A stretch of 64,000 bases of DNA from Chrysomallon squamiferum (GCA_012295275.1 CM022679.1:16182001-16246000); one strand, 5' to 3'; counted from the first letter of the stretch, positions 14,012 to 28,966 are shown. Numbers and translations: made by a program. Notes: generated from the sequence alone by a model not told the origin.

Positions 14012-16966
14012 TTTGTATATTTGTATTATTCATGGGGTAGAGTGATTTTAACTATTATATGACCAGTATCTGTATAATTTAAATGTAAGTTCAACAAAAA
14101 GGAAGAAGTACCGTATATACTTTTATAAAGTCGAATTTTTGGGAAATATTTTACTTTACATAGGTAATGCTTTTGTAGCTGTTTATTTTGACTATTTTTG
14201 CTACGGGATGCATCTAAAATAATGGTCTTTCAGCTTTTCAAAAATATAATTTTATCGTATAAAAAATTTTGAAAAATTAAATAACAAAACCAAATATGAA
14301 TGTAAAACATGATATTCTTCCGTTTAATGACATAAAAATACATTTTAAAGCGAGAAAACCGTCAGTACAGCGTTATGCCTTATGGTGTCTTGCAATGATC
14401 TAGGAATGCAGACTTCTCTGCCAAATTGCACTAAATATCAGTCCTAATTTCATAAACAAAACTCACATGTGTAATTGTAAAGAATTTGGTGAAATAATAT
14501 TGCAATCGTCATTAATATCCACTACTGACAAATCGACTAAATACAACGGTAAGTTAGGTCTCCATGTTAGACCTATTACATTAAAGAGATACTATTTATG
14601 ATACATTTAGGCTATAGCTCGTGTAATACATGCATTTATGTTATTATGGTATGTTCGTGCAAGTTACAGCTCGTGCAAGTTATGTTACAGTAGGCGTACA
14701 AATAGGCCTTCATGGCACTGTCACACTGGTCTAAAAAATAGTGACGGTGCCTGGAATCTACAGTCGACTTATACACAAGTAAAACCTAAAATGACGCAAT
14801 TTTTTATCTTAAAATAGACATCGACTTACACATAAGGTCGCCTTGTACACAAGTATATACGGTATTTTAAATTGAAATATTTTATTCATCTAACTTTAAT
14901 AATGCTATATGTATTTCTTATCACAGTCACAGAAATTTATTTTTATCTGAATTGTATAAATACAATCTGTAAGTGTTATGTGCTGTAAACTTAACGGAGT
15001 CACTACTAACATGAAGTTAATGTGGTCGAGATGTCATTTGTATAACTTGTATAATATACATATTTTTATTTTATGTTTGCAGACTGAGCTAAAAATAAGT
15101 ATTTTTATTGATGATTAACAACCAGGAACCATTTACAAGATCACAGTTTTATTTTTTTCTTTTTCCTTTTCTAAATTTTAAATTCTTTATTTTATTTCTT
15201 TTCATTTTATTTTATTTTATTTTATTTTATTTTATTTTATTTTATTTTATTTTATTTTATTTTATTTTTATATTTTAATTATAATTTGTTTTAAATTTAT
15301 GTATTTATTTTATTATATTTTTTTTTATATTATTGCTGCTGTTGTAGTTTAGGATTTTTTTAATATCCTAACAAATGTATCAAATATTTTTAAATATTTT
15401 TTACCTAATATTCTTATATATATTTTCACAAAAACTAAAAAGCAGTAAACATTGTTCAAATAAAATTAATATAACAGTTTTGGTCGAAAATGATTAAAAA
15501 GACTGAGTGATAGTAAATTCACATATTATTTTTGTCTATAATTATCATCAAAATTAACCAATTTTTAAATAAAAAATTTGGTTAATATAACTGATGCTTA
15601 GTTTCTTTCTTCAAAATGAGCAGTATCAGTTTGTCATTTATTTTTACACATTGCTGATAATTTAACTGATTATTATATTTCAGAATACTCCTGTGTTTAC
15701 AACCATCATCCAGGGTTTGTCTGCAACTGATGGTGACTACAAGGGAGCTCCAATTACAGTTACCTGTAACATATCAGCAGTTGAGAATCCAGATGAATCA
15801 GTAAGTTCTACCAATTTAATACATTTTATATGTCACCTGTGTTCATTTATTACATTTTGTATGTCACCTGTGTTCATTTGTTACATTTTGTATGTCACCT
15901 GTGTTCATTTGTTACATTTTATGTGTCACCTGTGTTCATTTATTACATCTTGTATGTCACCTGTGTTCATTTATTACATTTTATGTGTCACCTGTGTTCA
16001 TTTATTACATTTTTTTCACATTTTATCTTGTATGTCACCTGTGTTCATTTATTACATTTTATGTGTCTGTGTTTATTTATTACATTTTATGTGTCACCTG
16101 TGTTCATTTATTACATTTTATGTGTCACCTGTGATGATTTATTACATTTTATGTGTCACCTGTGATCATTTATTACATTTTATGTGTCACCTGTGTTCAT
16201 TTATTACATTTTATGTGTCACGTGTGTTCATTTTTTACATTTTATGTGTAACCTGTGTTCACTTATTACATTTTATGTGTCACTTTTTCATTAACTAAAA
16301 TTTATATGTTATTCATATTCATTTAAATAAGTTTGAGCATCACTTTTATTCATTAATTAAATTTATATGTTATTATTATTATAGCTGTTATTGTTGTTGT
16401 ATTTATTATGATTATTATTATTATTATTATTATTTAGCAAACACAAAGCTGTGAGACATTTTCACTGAAAATGGTCATGTCCAGTAACAGAATGTGGAAG
16501 GGTGATCTTATTCTGCAGAAACCCCTCGATTTCGAAACTCGCTTCTTCTACCAGGTTCCTCTTGTACTCAATGTGAGTCAATCATTTAAAGATTAGCACA
16601 GACATTAACTGAAAACACTTATTTTATGTACAAAATCAGAGACACTCACACATACACATGGATACACACACACTTATATGTTGAATTCTAATATTTAAAT
16701 TATATTAGTTATTCATAAACATGTATGAGATAAAAAGATAACTGTTGATGATATCAGTGATTAATTTGTTTGTTTGTTTGTTTGTTTGTTTGTTTATGTT
16801 TATGAATAATAATGCAAACTGAATTTTTTTGTATGAATGTTTTTGTATAGGAATTGCATGTGCATTGGTCTTAAATTTGAAATTAAGATACATGTAAATT
16901 GCTTAATATGACTCAGTCAAAAACTTTTTTCTTTTCTTCTTCTTCTTCTTCTTCTACTTCTTCTTC

Positions 16967-17027
<61 letters not shown>

Positions 17028-20000
17028 TTTAATTTATTTTAATTTATTTGTTTATTTATTTATGCACAGTTAAAGAAGATATTTTTTTTAATTCTTGTGT
17101 TTTGACATTTATATCAACACATCAGTACAAATTATGATTTTTTAAAAACTACTGTAATTTAAAAGGTAATTTCTAAGCTGTTATTTCCAGGATGGAGTGC
17201 ACTATAACCTGCAGAGCATTGAGATCAACTTAGAAGACATCAATGACGCACCTCCATTGTTTAAAGAAGCTATGTCTTCAATTATTGATGAAAATATACC
17301 TCCAGTGAGACAATATTTGTTACAAATCTGTATTTCACTTACTATGCAGTATTACAATACACAGTATAATGCACGTTGTTACATTATACAATATATTGCA
17401 CTATGTGTACAGTTGTACACAATCTAGTGCGCTAAAGTACCTTATTACAGAATATAATGCACTGTTACATTTCATAATACAGTGCATGATGTTACATTAT
17501 ACAGTATAGTGAAATATGTTACAGTATACAATACAGTGCACTAAGGTACCTTTCAGAATATAAAGCACCATGTTACATTACACAATATAGTGCATTATGT
17601 TACAATATACAATATAGTGTATTATGTTACATTACACAATATAGCCCATTATGTTACAATACACAATATTTTGTACTCGGTTGTATTAAACAATATTGTG
17701 TACTGTTGTATTATACAGTATATACTATGTTTTACAGTACACAGTATGTTACATTACACTTTGTTTGTTAATTGTACTGTACAATGTATGTTATGTTACA
17801 CTATTTTACACTTGTTACATTATAGTGTACAATTTTAACATGAACTTGGTTTTTCTAGAACTCCTACATCACTTACGTGTTTGCCCAAGATGGAGACCGA
17901 AACAAACCAAATGATATTCATTATGAGCTGACATGTCGTGAGTAGTGTGTGTTTGTGTGTGTCTGTATGTCTGTGTGTCTGTATGTCTCTGTGTTTGTGT
18001 GTGTGTATGTCTGTGTTCGTGTGTATATCTGTGTGTATATCTGTGTGTGTTTGTGTGTGTGTGTGTCTATGTGATTGTGTGTATTTATGTATGTGCAGTT
18101 GTTTGTATGTATGTCTGGGTATGTATGTGTGTTTGTGCTTTTAATATGTGTGTTTGTGTGTACATCTGTGTCTTTATGTTTATTTTCATGAATATTTTAG
18201 TGCATATCTGTGAATATGTGTATGTGTATATTCATACATGCATGTGTATTTGTGTGTGTGTGTATTTTGTGTGTGTTGTGTGTGGTATGTGTTTCACACA
18301 AAATAAATATGTATACATTTCTACCTATCATTGTATCAACCTCTATTCCAAACTATCTGCCTATCACTGTCTATCATTATATCTGCCATGTATCTGTCTA
18401 CCTACCAACATATATAAGTAGCCATTTCTGCATGCACATATATTTTTATTGTTTTTGTTTTGTACAGACAATGACACCTTTGCAATTAAGTCCTCACCCT
18501 ATGGACATGCAAACATCACCAATCTTATGACCATAGACAAGGAGTCACCCCTTTTTCAGGAGAAAGGTTTCATCATGTTATGTATTAAGGTTAGTCCACT
18601 GTCCAAAATTAATATTTCAATAACACCGACACTTGTTTTTTTGGACTTTGTGAAACAAATTATGAGATTTAATTTTTTTTTTTTAATATTATTTTAAAAT
18701 TAATTTGGTGACTTCATTTCATTATTTATTTTCTTATCAGGAAATCAAATCTGATATGAGGTCATGGCTGGAATGGCAAAGAAACTGGACACACTGAGTA
18801 GAATTAATCCTGCAACTTACAATACCTCATGCCATGTTTGTGTAAGATGTGTTACAACATATTTCTATTAAAAAAACAATTTTCCATTATACACAGGCCA
18901 GAGAAATTACACCAGGGGGCGCTCTAGGAAACACTCCCACAACAACAGCAGATACAACAATTCGAATCACTGTACGCGACATGAATGACAATGCTCCAAC
19001 GTTTCACCAAGACCACTTCAATGTGTCTATCTATGAGAGCATTCCCAACCTGTCGTCACTGCCAGATCTCTTCATGACTGTCACTGACAAGGATTCCGTG
19101 AGTAAAATAGTGACCAGTATATCTTAGCCCCAGCAGTATTCACTTAATACTGAGTGGCAATAGTGTTTACTAACTGTAAGTGACATAAGTGTTTACTAGC
19201 AACTAATTGTAAGTGACATAAGTGTTTACTAGCAACTAATTGTAAGTGACAATAGTGTTTACCTGACAAGTAATTCTAAGTGACAATAGCATTTACCTGA
19301 CAAGTAATTCTGAGTGACAACAGTGTTTACCTGACAAGTAATTCTGAGTGACAATAGCATTTACCTGACAAGTAATTCTGAGTGACAATAGTGTTTACCT
19401 GACAAGTAATTCTAAGTGACAGTAGTGTTTACTTAACAACTTCTAAGTGACAATAGTGTTTACCTGACAAGTAATTCTAAGTGACAATAGCATTTACCTG
19501 ACAAGTAATTCTGAGTGACAACAGTGTTTACTTAACAACAACTTCTAAGTGACAATATTTTTTTACCTGACAAGTAATACTGAGTGACAACAATGTTTAC
19601 CTGACAAGTAATTCTAAGTGACAACAGTGTTTACTTAACAACTTCTAAGTGACAATAGTGTTTACCTGACAAGTAATTCTGAGTGACAACAGTGTTTACC
19701 TAACAACTACTTCTAAGTGACAATAGTGTTTACCTGACAAGTAATTCTAAGTGAATTTAGTGTTTACTTAACAACTACTTCTAAGTGACAATAGTGTTTA
19801 CCTGACAAGTAATTCTAAGTGAATTTAGTGTTTACTTAACAACAACTTCTAAGTGACTATAGTGTTTACTTAACAACAACTTCTAAGTGACAATAGTGTT
19901 TACCTAACAACTACTTCTAAGTGACAACAGTGTTTACCTAACAACTACTTCTAAGTGACAATAGTGTTTACCTAACAACTACTTCTAAGTGACAATAGTG

Positions 20001-23000
20001 TTTACCTAACAACTACTTCTAAGTGACAACAGTGTTTACCTAACAACTACTTCTAAGTGACAATAGTGTTTACCTAACAACTACTTCTAAGTGACAACAG
20101 TGTTTACCTAACAACTACTTCTAAGTGACAATAGTGTTTACCTGACAAGTAATTCTAAGTGACAATAGTGTTTACCTAACAACTAATTCTGAATGACAAT
20201 AGTGTTTACCTGACAAGTAATTCTGAGTGACAATAATGTTTACCTAACAGCTGTTTCTAAGTGACAATAGTGTTTACCTAACAAAAATTTCTGACTGACA
20301 ATAGTGTTTACCTAACAACTTATTCTGATTGTTTTCTCTTCAGATGTAAAATATTTCATATAATGAATCATTTTCTTTTGTTTAAAATTATAAAAGGTTA
20401 CCATTGAAACTATTTCTCAATTTCTGACTACAAGAGAATGAAAGCAAATATTTACCATAGCCTTTGATTAGGAGGTATTTTTGTGGAAAAAGGAAAAACT
20501 AAATTCTTATACTTTCCTTCTAATGATGCTGCTTGGACATATATAATTATATATACAGAAAAGTCTTTTGAATTATTTATTTAATTGATTTTCAGTCAAC
20601 TGCAAACTCTTATGATTTCGTTTTGATGGATTATACTGATGTCTTTGATGTCCATCCAAAACAAGGTCAAGGTCAGACGATTGCTGTTGTCCGAGTCATA
20701 GACACACTAAAGATTGATTATGAAAAAGGTCCCAGGACGTTTATTCTCAGGGTATGTATAGCCACATACACCCACAGCCACACCCACAGCCACACCTACA
20801 TCTACACACATACACACATAAAAACACACACACTCAGACACCCTAAAGACTGATTAAGATCAGGATGTGTATAGCCATCCACATGTACACACACACACAC
20901 ACAAACATACATAGAGACACGCATGTTGTATATATTTGTGTATGTATATATGTATGAATATTTGAAAATATGTACATATATATATATATCTGTATATGTA
21001 TGTTTGTATGTAATGTATATTACTGTGTTTCAGGTTGAGGCAAGAGAAAATTTTGGAGGTAGCAATCTTCTAACTGGCACAGCAACAGTGACAGTGCACG
21101 TACTTGACGTGAACGACAACATCCCACGCTTCAGACAGACAAAGTACGAGAGAAGTGTTAGAGAAGATGCTCAAGAAAATACTCTTATAGAAACTGTATC
21201 AGTAAGTATAATTAACATGTAAACACAACCAGAAAATACTCTTATAGAAACTGTATCAGTAAGTATAATTAACATGTAAACACAACCAGAAAATACTCTT
21301 ATAGAAACCGTATCAGTAAGTATAATTAACATGTAAACACAACCATAAATACACTTATAGAAACTGTATCAGTAAGTATAATTAACATGTAAACACAACC
21401 AGAAAATACTCTTATAGAAACTGTATCAGTAAGTGAAATTAACATGTAAACACAACCAGAAAATACTCTTATAGAAACCGTATCAGTAAGTATAATTAAC
21501 ATGTAAACACAACCATAAATACACTTATAGAAAATCAGTAAGTATAATTAACATGTAAACACAACCAGAAAATATAATTAACATGTAAACAAAATAAGAA
21601 ACACAACCTTATAGAAACTGTATCAGTAAGTAAAATTAACATGTAAACACAACCAGAAAATACTCTTATAGAAACCGTATCAGTAAGTATAATTAACATG
21701 TAAACACAACCAGAAATACTCTTATAGAAACTGTATCAGTAAGTGTGATTAACATGTAAACATGACCTGGAATAACTTTATAGAAACTGCATCAGTAAGT
21801 AAAATTAACATGTAAACACAACCAGAAATACTTATAAAAACTGTATCAGTAAGTGTGATTAACATGTAAACATGACCTGGAATAACCTCATAGAAATTTC
21901 ACTTTTCTTTTTTCTCCCCTTTTTTCTTTCTTTTTTTTTTTTTTTTTTTTTTTTTCATAAGCATCACTAAAATCACTTTAAATGAGATTCCATATAGAAG
22001 TTATTATACCATATAAATTAAAAAAAAAAAAAAAAAAAACATGAAATGAGTTCTTCTAGAATTAAATTACTAAAAAACAAATTATATTTTTTTTATTGTT
22101 TATTTTTTCACAGGTTGTGGATCCTGATTCAGGGATTATGGGTGTGAATGGCATGCGATTCAGACTTGTAGGAAATGGGGCAAATTTGTAAGTTTTTGTT
22201 AATCACAGTGTATCCATATAATTCTGTAAAAGTGGAAGATAATTAGATGTGTTCAACATTTCATTTTGGTTTATTACCATATTTTATTTTATACTGTTTA
22301 TTTGAAATTATTTAGTTTATGTTATTGTTAGCTACTTTCTTCTCATCATGTGTATACGTAGAGCAAAAAAAAAAAAAAAACCATTTTGTTTTGGTCTTCA
22401 AAACAAGTTCATGGTTTAACTCCAATGATTTGCTCAGTTTTGTTACAAATTTCAGATTTAAGATTGATCCTCAGAACGGGGAAGTAAGAGTTAACAAATG
22501 TGCCACTCCAGGCAAGCTTAACTGCATTAACTACGAACGTAAAAAGCAGTATGACTTGAATGTCGTGGCAACAGACGAACTAGGTAAAGGCCTGACATCA
22601 AATGTTGATCTAATCATCAACATCATCAACGTCAATGACAATGCACCAGTATTTGAACGTGGAGAGTACATCAACAGTATAACAGAGGGTCAAGTGATCA
22701 CCCTTGATCCACTGATTGTCAGAGTAAGAGAAAAATAGTTAATTAATTGGCAAACCTGATGAAGTAATTAAAAATTGTTAAACACAGGAAAGTATAGTCT
22801 AAATACAGCATGACTGATTACGTATTAACTGTTAACTTGTGAGACTCTAACTTATTACTTTATAATTGTTAAACAGGAATAGATTGTCTGAAATTCTTAG
22901 TGATTAACTAATTAATAATCATTTAATAAGTGAAAATAAATTGTCTAATTGTTTATTTTAAAAATATTAATTCATCCTATTGTTTTTTTTAGAAAAATAT

Positions 23001-26000
23001 TAAAATGTCACTGTTTTTTTTTAAAAATATTAACTCGTCCCATTGTTTATTTAGAAAAGTACTATCATATGTCATTGTTTACTAACAACAATATTAACGT
23101 TTCACTGCGAACAGGCCATTGATCGCGACCACGATGTGATCACGTACTCAATTCCTGCAAACCAGCCCGCAGCATCGTACTGGCAGATCAACCCGGTTAC
23201 AGGCAACGTCACAGCAATAAACCCAATCAACTTCGAAGATGCCACCAACAAAACCCATGGATAGTAAGTAATAACTGCATGCCAGGAAAAAAACACTGTT
23301 AAAATCTTTTTTTTAGAAATTCTACTGTCAAGAATAGCAAAAAACCAAATGAGTTAAATTCATTCTCAAAACAATGTATCTACTCTCTGTTAAATAATGA
23401 GGCATTTTAAAAATATCAGTTAATTTTTCTGTTTTATTTCAGTTTCAAATTTGAAGTGCAAGCATCAGATGGAAAATTCGTAGAACATGTTCCAGTGACT
23501 ATATATGTCATTGTAAGTCTTAATATGAAAATTTAGTAACATTCATTACTTGAATTTTATCTACTGTAAAATCTAAATTATTCACAATGGAGTTTTAATT
23601 TTATTTATAAATAATTATTTGTCAAGTTTTGTTTTCCACTGTAATGAATTAAAGGCTACTAGTTTTTACTCAAATTCATTCAGTCATATTTTCAGTGGAA
23701 CACCTACATTTTTGGAGCTTGAACAATTATAGGGGCCCTTTGCAGTCAATCAGCAACAAGGTCTGTGGAACTACTGTTACCTTCAGTGGCAGTGTTCCAT
23801 GCCAGGTTGTAAACATTTAAACAAACTCAGATGTTGATCAAAATGTTGAAGAAAGAGGGACTAAAATCACTTCTGGAGCCCTTCTGGGATTAGGGAACCA
23901 GAAGCTTAAGCTTCCTTAGTTTTATAATAGATGCACTAGTGTATATGGATGGTACAAGCCACACTGGAATGAACTTACTTCTGTTTGGTGTTCTCTTAAA
24001 ACGATGTCTTATTTTAAACAGGACATATTTTTATTTCAGATATTCTAACTTCACCTACTTCGTACTGAAAACATTATTAACAAAAATTTAATTTAGTAAA
24101 ACTTTTTTAAAATTGAAGCCTTTAGATTAGTTTTTATTTTTATTTTTCTGTTATTGTTATTTATGATTACATCAGATTTGTGGTATATATTAATATATCT
24201 CTTTATATTTGTTTGTGTGTATGTATGGATGTATTTGTGTCAGTCTGTGTGTTTACACAAACACACACACACATATACATATTTATATTTATATACATTT
24301 GTTTTTATATGCATGTATTAGTCCTAAAATTCATTTTCTTTTCTACCATATATTTGTAAATTAAATTTCATCATAATTGCATATAACTGAAATTAAACTT
24401 ATTTTATTTATAATGGTTTATTTCCTTGTTCTTCAGGACATCAATAATAATGATCCCATCTTCAGGCCAGTGTTTTATTATGAGGAAATCCCAGAAGGCA
24501 CAAAAGGAGGTAAGTAAAGTACATTATGTTCTATCCATTCAATGATTCTTGTTAAATATATTCAAATTATCAATTTTATCTCATAAAAAGGAAAAAATAT
24601 TATAATCACTATGCTAACAGTTACTCATGTTCCTATGCATTTTGACATATAAATGTAATTTTCCTGAGCACTGTTTAATTTGGAGTTTTAATGATTTAAT
24701 TCCCTATTATTTAAAGATTGTGTTTTTCACAATGTAATGAAATATTATTATAAGTGAAAAAGACTCATATTGGTTTCAGAATGTTTTATATTTATATTTG
24801 AATTTTTGTTATAGTTATTTTTTTCAAAATGTCATTTTATTACAACTATTATTGTTATTATTATTTTGTTTATTTATTTATTTATTCATTTATTTACTTA
24901 TTTCATTTCATTATATTTATAATTTATTTTACATTGCAGGTGTTTTTATTTATTTATTCATTTCATTTTATTTCATTTATTTATTTATTTATTCAATTCA
25001 TTCATTTAATTTATTTGATTTATTTTATATTTAAATTTTACAGGTGTGCCTATTGTTACTGTGACTGCGACAGACAAAGATTCAAACACCACAGAGTTTG
25101 GTCGTATTGAATATCGAATACAGTCAGGTGCTCAAGGAAAGTTTGAGGTCAACTACAAGACTGGACTGATAAAAACAACACCAACAGCAACATTTGACTA
25201 CGACATCACCAAAGTCTACACCATGATTGTATGTGTGACAAATTTAATCTCATTTTACTTTGTGGTGGTGGGAGGTTTTTTTTAATACCTTGTTTCATTT
25301 CTTAATGCCATTTTTTCTCAGTTACAAAATATTATTAAAATTTTCTTTTTAAAATGACATTTAAAAAAATAAATACCAAAATTATTATCTTAAAAAATAA
25401 TAATAATGTTTTCTTGTTTGTGGGTAGGTGCATAGCACACATTTTTTGTTGCTAATAAATAACTTTTCATGGAAATATGACATGTGATATTTTTTGTTAC
25501 ATCATTATTATACAGCATCAACTAACAAAAAGAGACCATTAATTATAAAGTATGATGTTATGATTATTAAAATATAAACTGATTGTTCAACCACATGCCT
25601 CTGTACAAGAAAGATGCTGTTTTTCTTTCAGGTTGTTGCCCATGATGGTGGCAACCCGCAGAAGACTGGAACAGCCACAGTTCAGGTGAAGATAAAAGAT
25701 GCCAATAATAAAGATCCTTATTTCAAACCAGTCTCCCAGAGAGTGGATGTCAAAGAAGGTAAGTGACTGCATGTTTAAGTATTCAAATACAGTATCTGTG
25801 ATGTATGTCTGCATATTTATGTGTACACACATACATACAAACATAAATAAGTCTGTTTCTCTATTTATTTATTATTTTGCTTACAGGATTATTATTATTA
25901 TCATTATTATTATTATTGTTGTTGTTGTTGTTATTATTATTGTTATGTTATTATTATTGTTATTATTATTATTATTATTATTGTTATTGTTATTATTAAA

Positions 26001-26591
26001 GTCAGATGGTCACTTAGTGAAGAGAATATTACAGTTTATCTTTATTGGTATTATTATTTTTATTTTTTATTTTAGATGCAGCAATAGGTACATCTGTTAC
26101 AACTATAGTAGCAAGGGACCCAGATGCAAACTTCAAACTGAAGTATGAATTTATTGAGCCAATAACAGCAATCAACCCAGAAGGAAGACCTGTTGATTCA
26201 CAAATTATTCCTTTTAAGGTGAAAAAAAGGGAGAAAATGTGTTTCCATAGCTGCAGTTTTATCCTGAAAAAGACAGAAGCAATAATGAATTAATCTTTAA
26301 AATGTTGTTGTTTTTTTTGCTGCTATAAAAATTTTGTCTCTTCTTTTTGAAGACATTTTTTAAATCATTATTTACATCTTAGGTTTCTTTTTTAGGAAAT
26401 TATGTTTCTATATATTTTTTAATATAGTAATTTGATTATTTCTTAGGACAGGCCAAGGCACTGTTAAACTACTGTATATTGATCTTTGTATTGTTTTTAT
26501 TTTTCACACAATTTTAATTTTTATCTTAAAATTGGTATACTTAGAGCAAAATATGTAAAATATTTTGTTTACCTTTTAGAATTTCTTTTCT

Positions 26592-26622
<31 letters not shown>

Positions 26623-28889
26623 GGTTCACTTATATTGTATTTTTGTGGTTTTTTTGGTTTCTTTTTTGATATATTTTTTTTTTTTTCTCTCAGAACTGGT
26701 TTAGAGTAGAACGAGATACTGGTTATGTCCGCGTAAATGATCTTCTTGATCGTGACAAGGCCTCAGTGTTGACATTGACGATGCGAGTCACAGACACCAA
26801 AGCAACTACATTGCAGACTGGAACAGGTGAAGTGTCTAATACAATACTGCAGCAATGATCAGACTATCCATTTTTTAACTAGCTCAGCTAATTTGAATAT
26901 TTCTGATGATTATATTGTGGAATTTAAATTGAGAGTTTTTAACAGTCTAATTTTTTCTCAAGTTATTAATAATTGCAATTTAAATGATGATTTGAAAATT
27001 TAAATTGAGAGTTTTTAACAAATTAAGCTTATCTCAAGTATTTAATAATTTAGTCAAATGAAAATTATAACATCTCGTGTATTTAATAATTACAATTTTA
27101 ATGATAATGTTTTGAAAATTTTATAAATTAACATATTTGATAATTACAATATCAATAGTTAGACAAAATTTAATAGTTTTAAAATTATATGATCTCATGA
27201 ATTTATTTGACATTTTAATGATGATGTTTTAAAAATTATATAAATTAATGTAGTTAATTACAGTTTCAGTGATAATGCTCTGATAATTATATGATCTCGT
27301 GTATTTGACAATTACAGTTTCAGTGATAATTATGCGATCTCGTGTATTTGACAATTACAGTTTCAGTGATAATTATGCGATCTCATCTCGTGTATTTGAC
27401 AATTACAGTTTCAGTGATAATGCTCTGATAATTATATGATCTCGTGTATTTGACAATTACAGTTTCAGTGATAATTATGCAATCTTGTGTATTTGACAAT
27501 TACAGTTTCAGTGATAATTATGCGATCTCGTGTATTTGACAATTACAGTTTCAGTGATAATTATGCGATCTCGTGTATTTGACAATTACAGCTTCAGTGA
27601 TAATGCTCTGATAATTATATGATCTCGTGTATTTGACAATTACAGTTTCAGTGATAATTATGCAATCTCGTGTATTTGACAATTACAGTTTCAGTGATAA
27701 TTATGCGATCTCGTGTATTTGACAATTACAGTTTCAGTGATAATTATGCGATTTCGTGTATTTGACAATTACAGTTTCAGTGATAATTATGCAATCTCGT
27801 GTATTTGACAATTACAGTTTCAGTGATAATGATCTGACTATTACAGGGACAATGATCATCACAGTTCTGGAGGTGAATGACCAGTCTCCGCAGTGGCCTG
27901 ATGCTCCGTACAGCATTGAAATCAACGAGGAGCAAGCCGTGGGAACTTTCATCATGACACTGATAGCTCGAGACAGCGACGACTCCATCGCTTCCTACGT
28001 GATCGTCAACAACCCTCACAACTACTTCGCTGTGTCCCCTTTCACTGGTACACTCCTCTTTCCTTAGCTTTCTTTTTATTATTTTTATTGTTATGTTATG
28101 TTATGTTATGTTATATTGTATTGTATTATGTTATATTATGTTATATTATATTATGTTGTATTATATTGTATAATGTTGTATTATGTTGTATTATATTATA
28201 TTGCATTACATTATTTCATTTCACATTAAGCTATGATATTTTATGCTATTTTATTTGATCTTTTATTTATTTTACTTTCTTATTTATTTATTTTTTATTA
28301 TTATATTATTATTAATGTTATAAATACTTTTTTTATTTAGATATTTTTGTTTGTTGTTGTTGTTCATAGTGCATGGGTTCATTTAGTGATATCTAGGTTA
28401 TTTTTATCTTTTTGTTCATTAATGTATTTAATCATTCAGCTTGTTTTTAACTCTTTAAACTATGTTCAGCCCATTGCCGACTATGATTTATAAAATGATT
28501 TTTAACTTGCAAATATATGTCTATAAAAATGTTGCAGAAGAGTATACAGCTCTGTGGCAACAGTATTTCCTACTCATTATCTGTTCTGTCTTTACCTCAT
28601 TATGTATCATTCTGACTGCATACTTAAACAAAACATTTTTTCGTTTATTATTTATTTATTTTTTATTACACAGGTGTGTTAACAGTAAAGAACAGAATTG
28701 ACTATGACAAAGAGCCGTTTGTCGGATTTACAAGATTCACAGTGAGGGCTACAGACAGTGGCTTTCCTCAGAGAAGCAATGACACCACCATTAGTGTTAC
28801 TATCAAAAACATCAATGATAACAGTCCAATATTTGAGCAGGTTTGTCTCATTGATAGTGCCCCTCTCTCTTTCCTTCTTCTTTTCTTGT

Positions 28890-28966
<77 letters not shown>

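Noticed and set aside
15801-16298. Three overlapping Cys/His/Phe-rich ORFs
   Set aside because: All three frames are open because of the 31-bp repeat; only 15684-15800 is a real exon
17938-18530. Cys/Val-rich ORFs resembling metallothionein or membrane proteins
   Set aside because: Degenerate (GT)n microsatellite; the same applies to the CVCV, LSLS, ERER, HTHT, poly-L, poly-I and poly-N ORFs elsewhere
19140-20330. CRISPR-like appearance of the 28-38-bp arrays (also 2778, 15812, 48560, 60945, 62712)
   Set aside because: Units are contiguous with no unique spacers, there are no cas genes, and the context is eukaryotic introns
21234-21258. Copies in the donor array acting as repeated microexons
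   Set aside because: Each would be about 25-26 nt (frameshifting), lacks a pyrimidine tract, and is separated by only about 30 nt, too short for an intron
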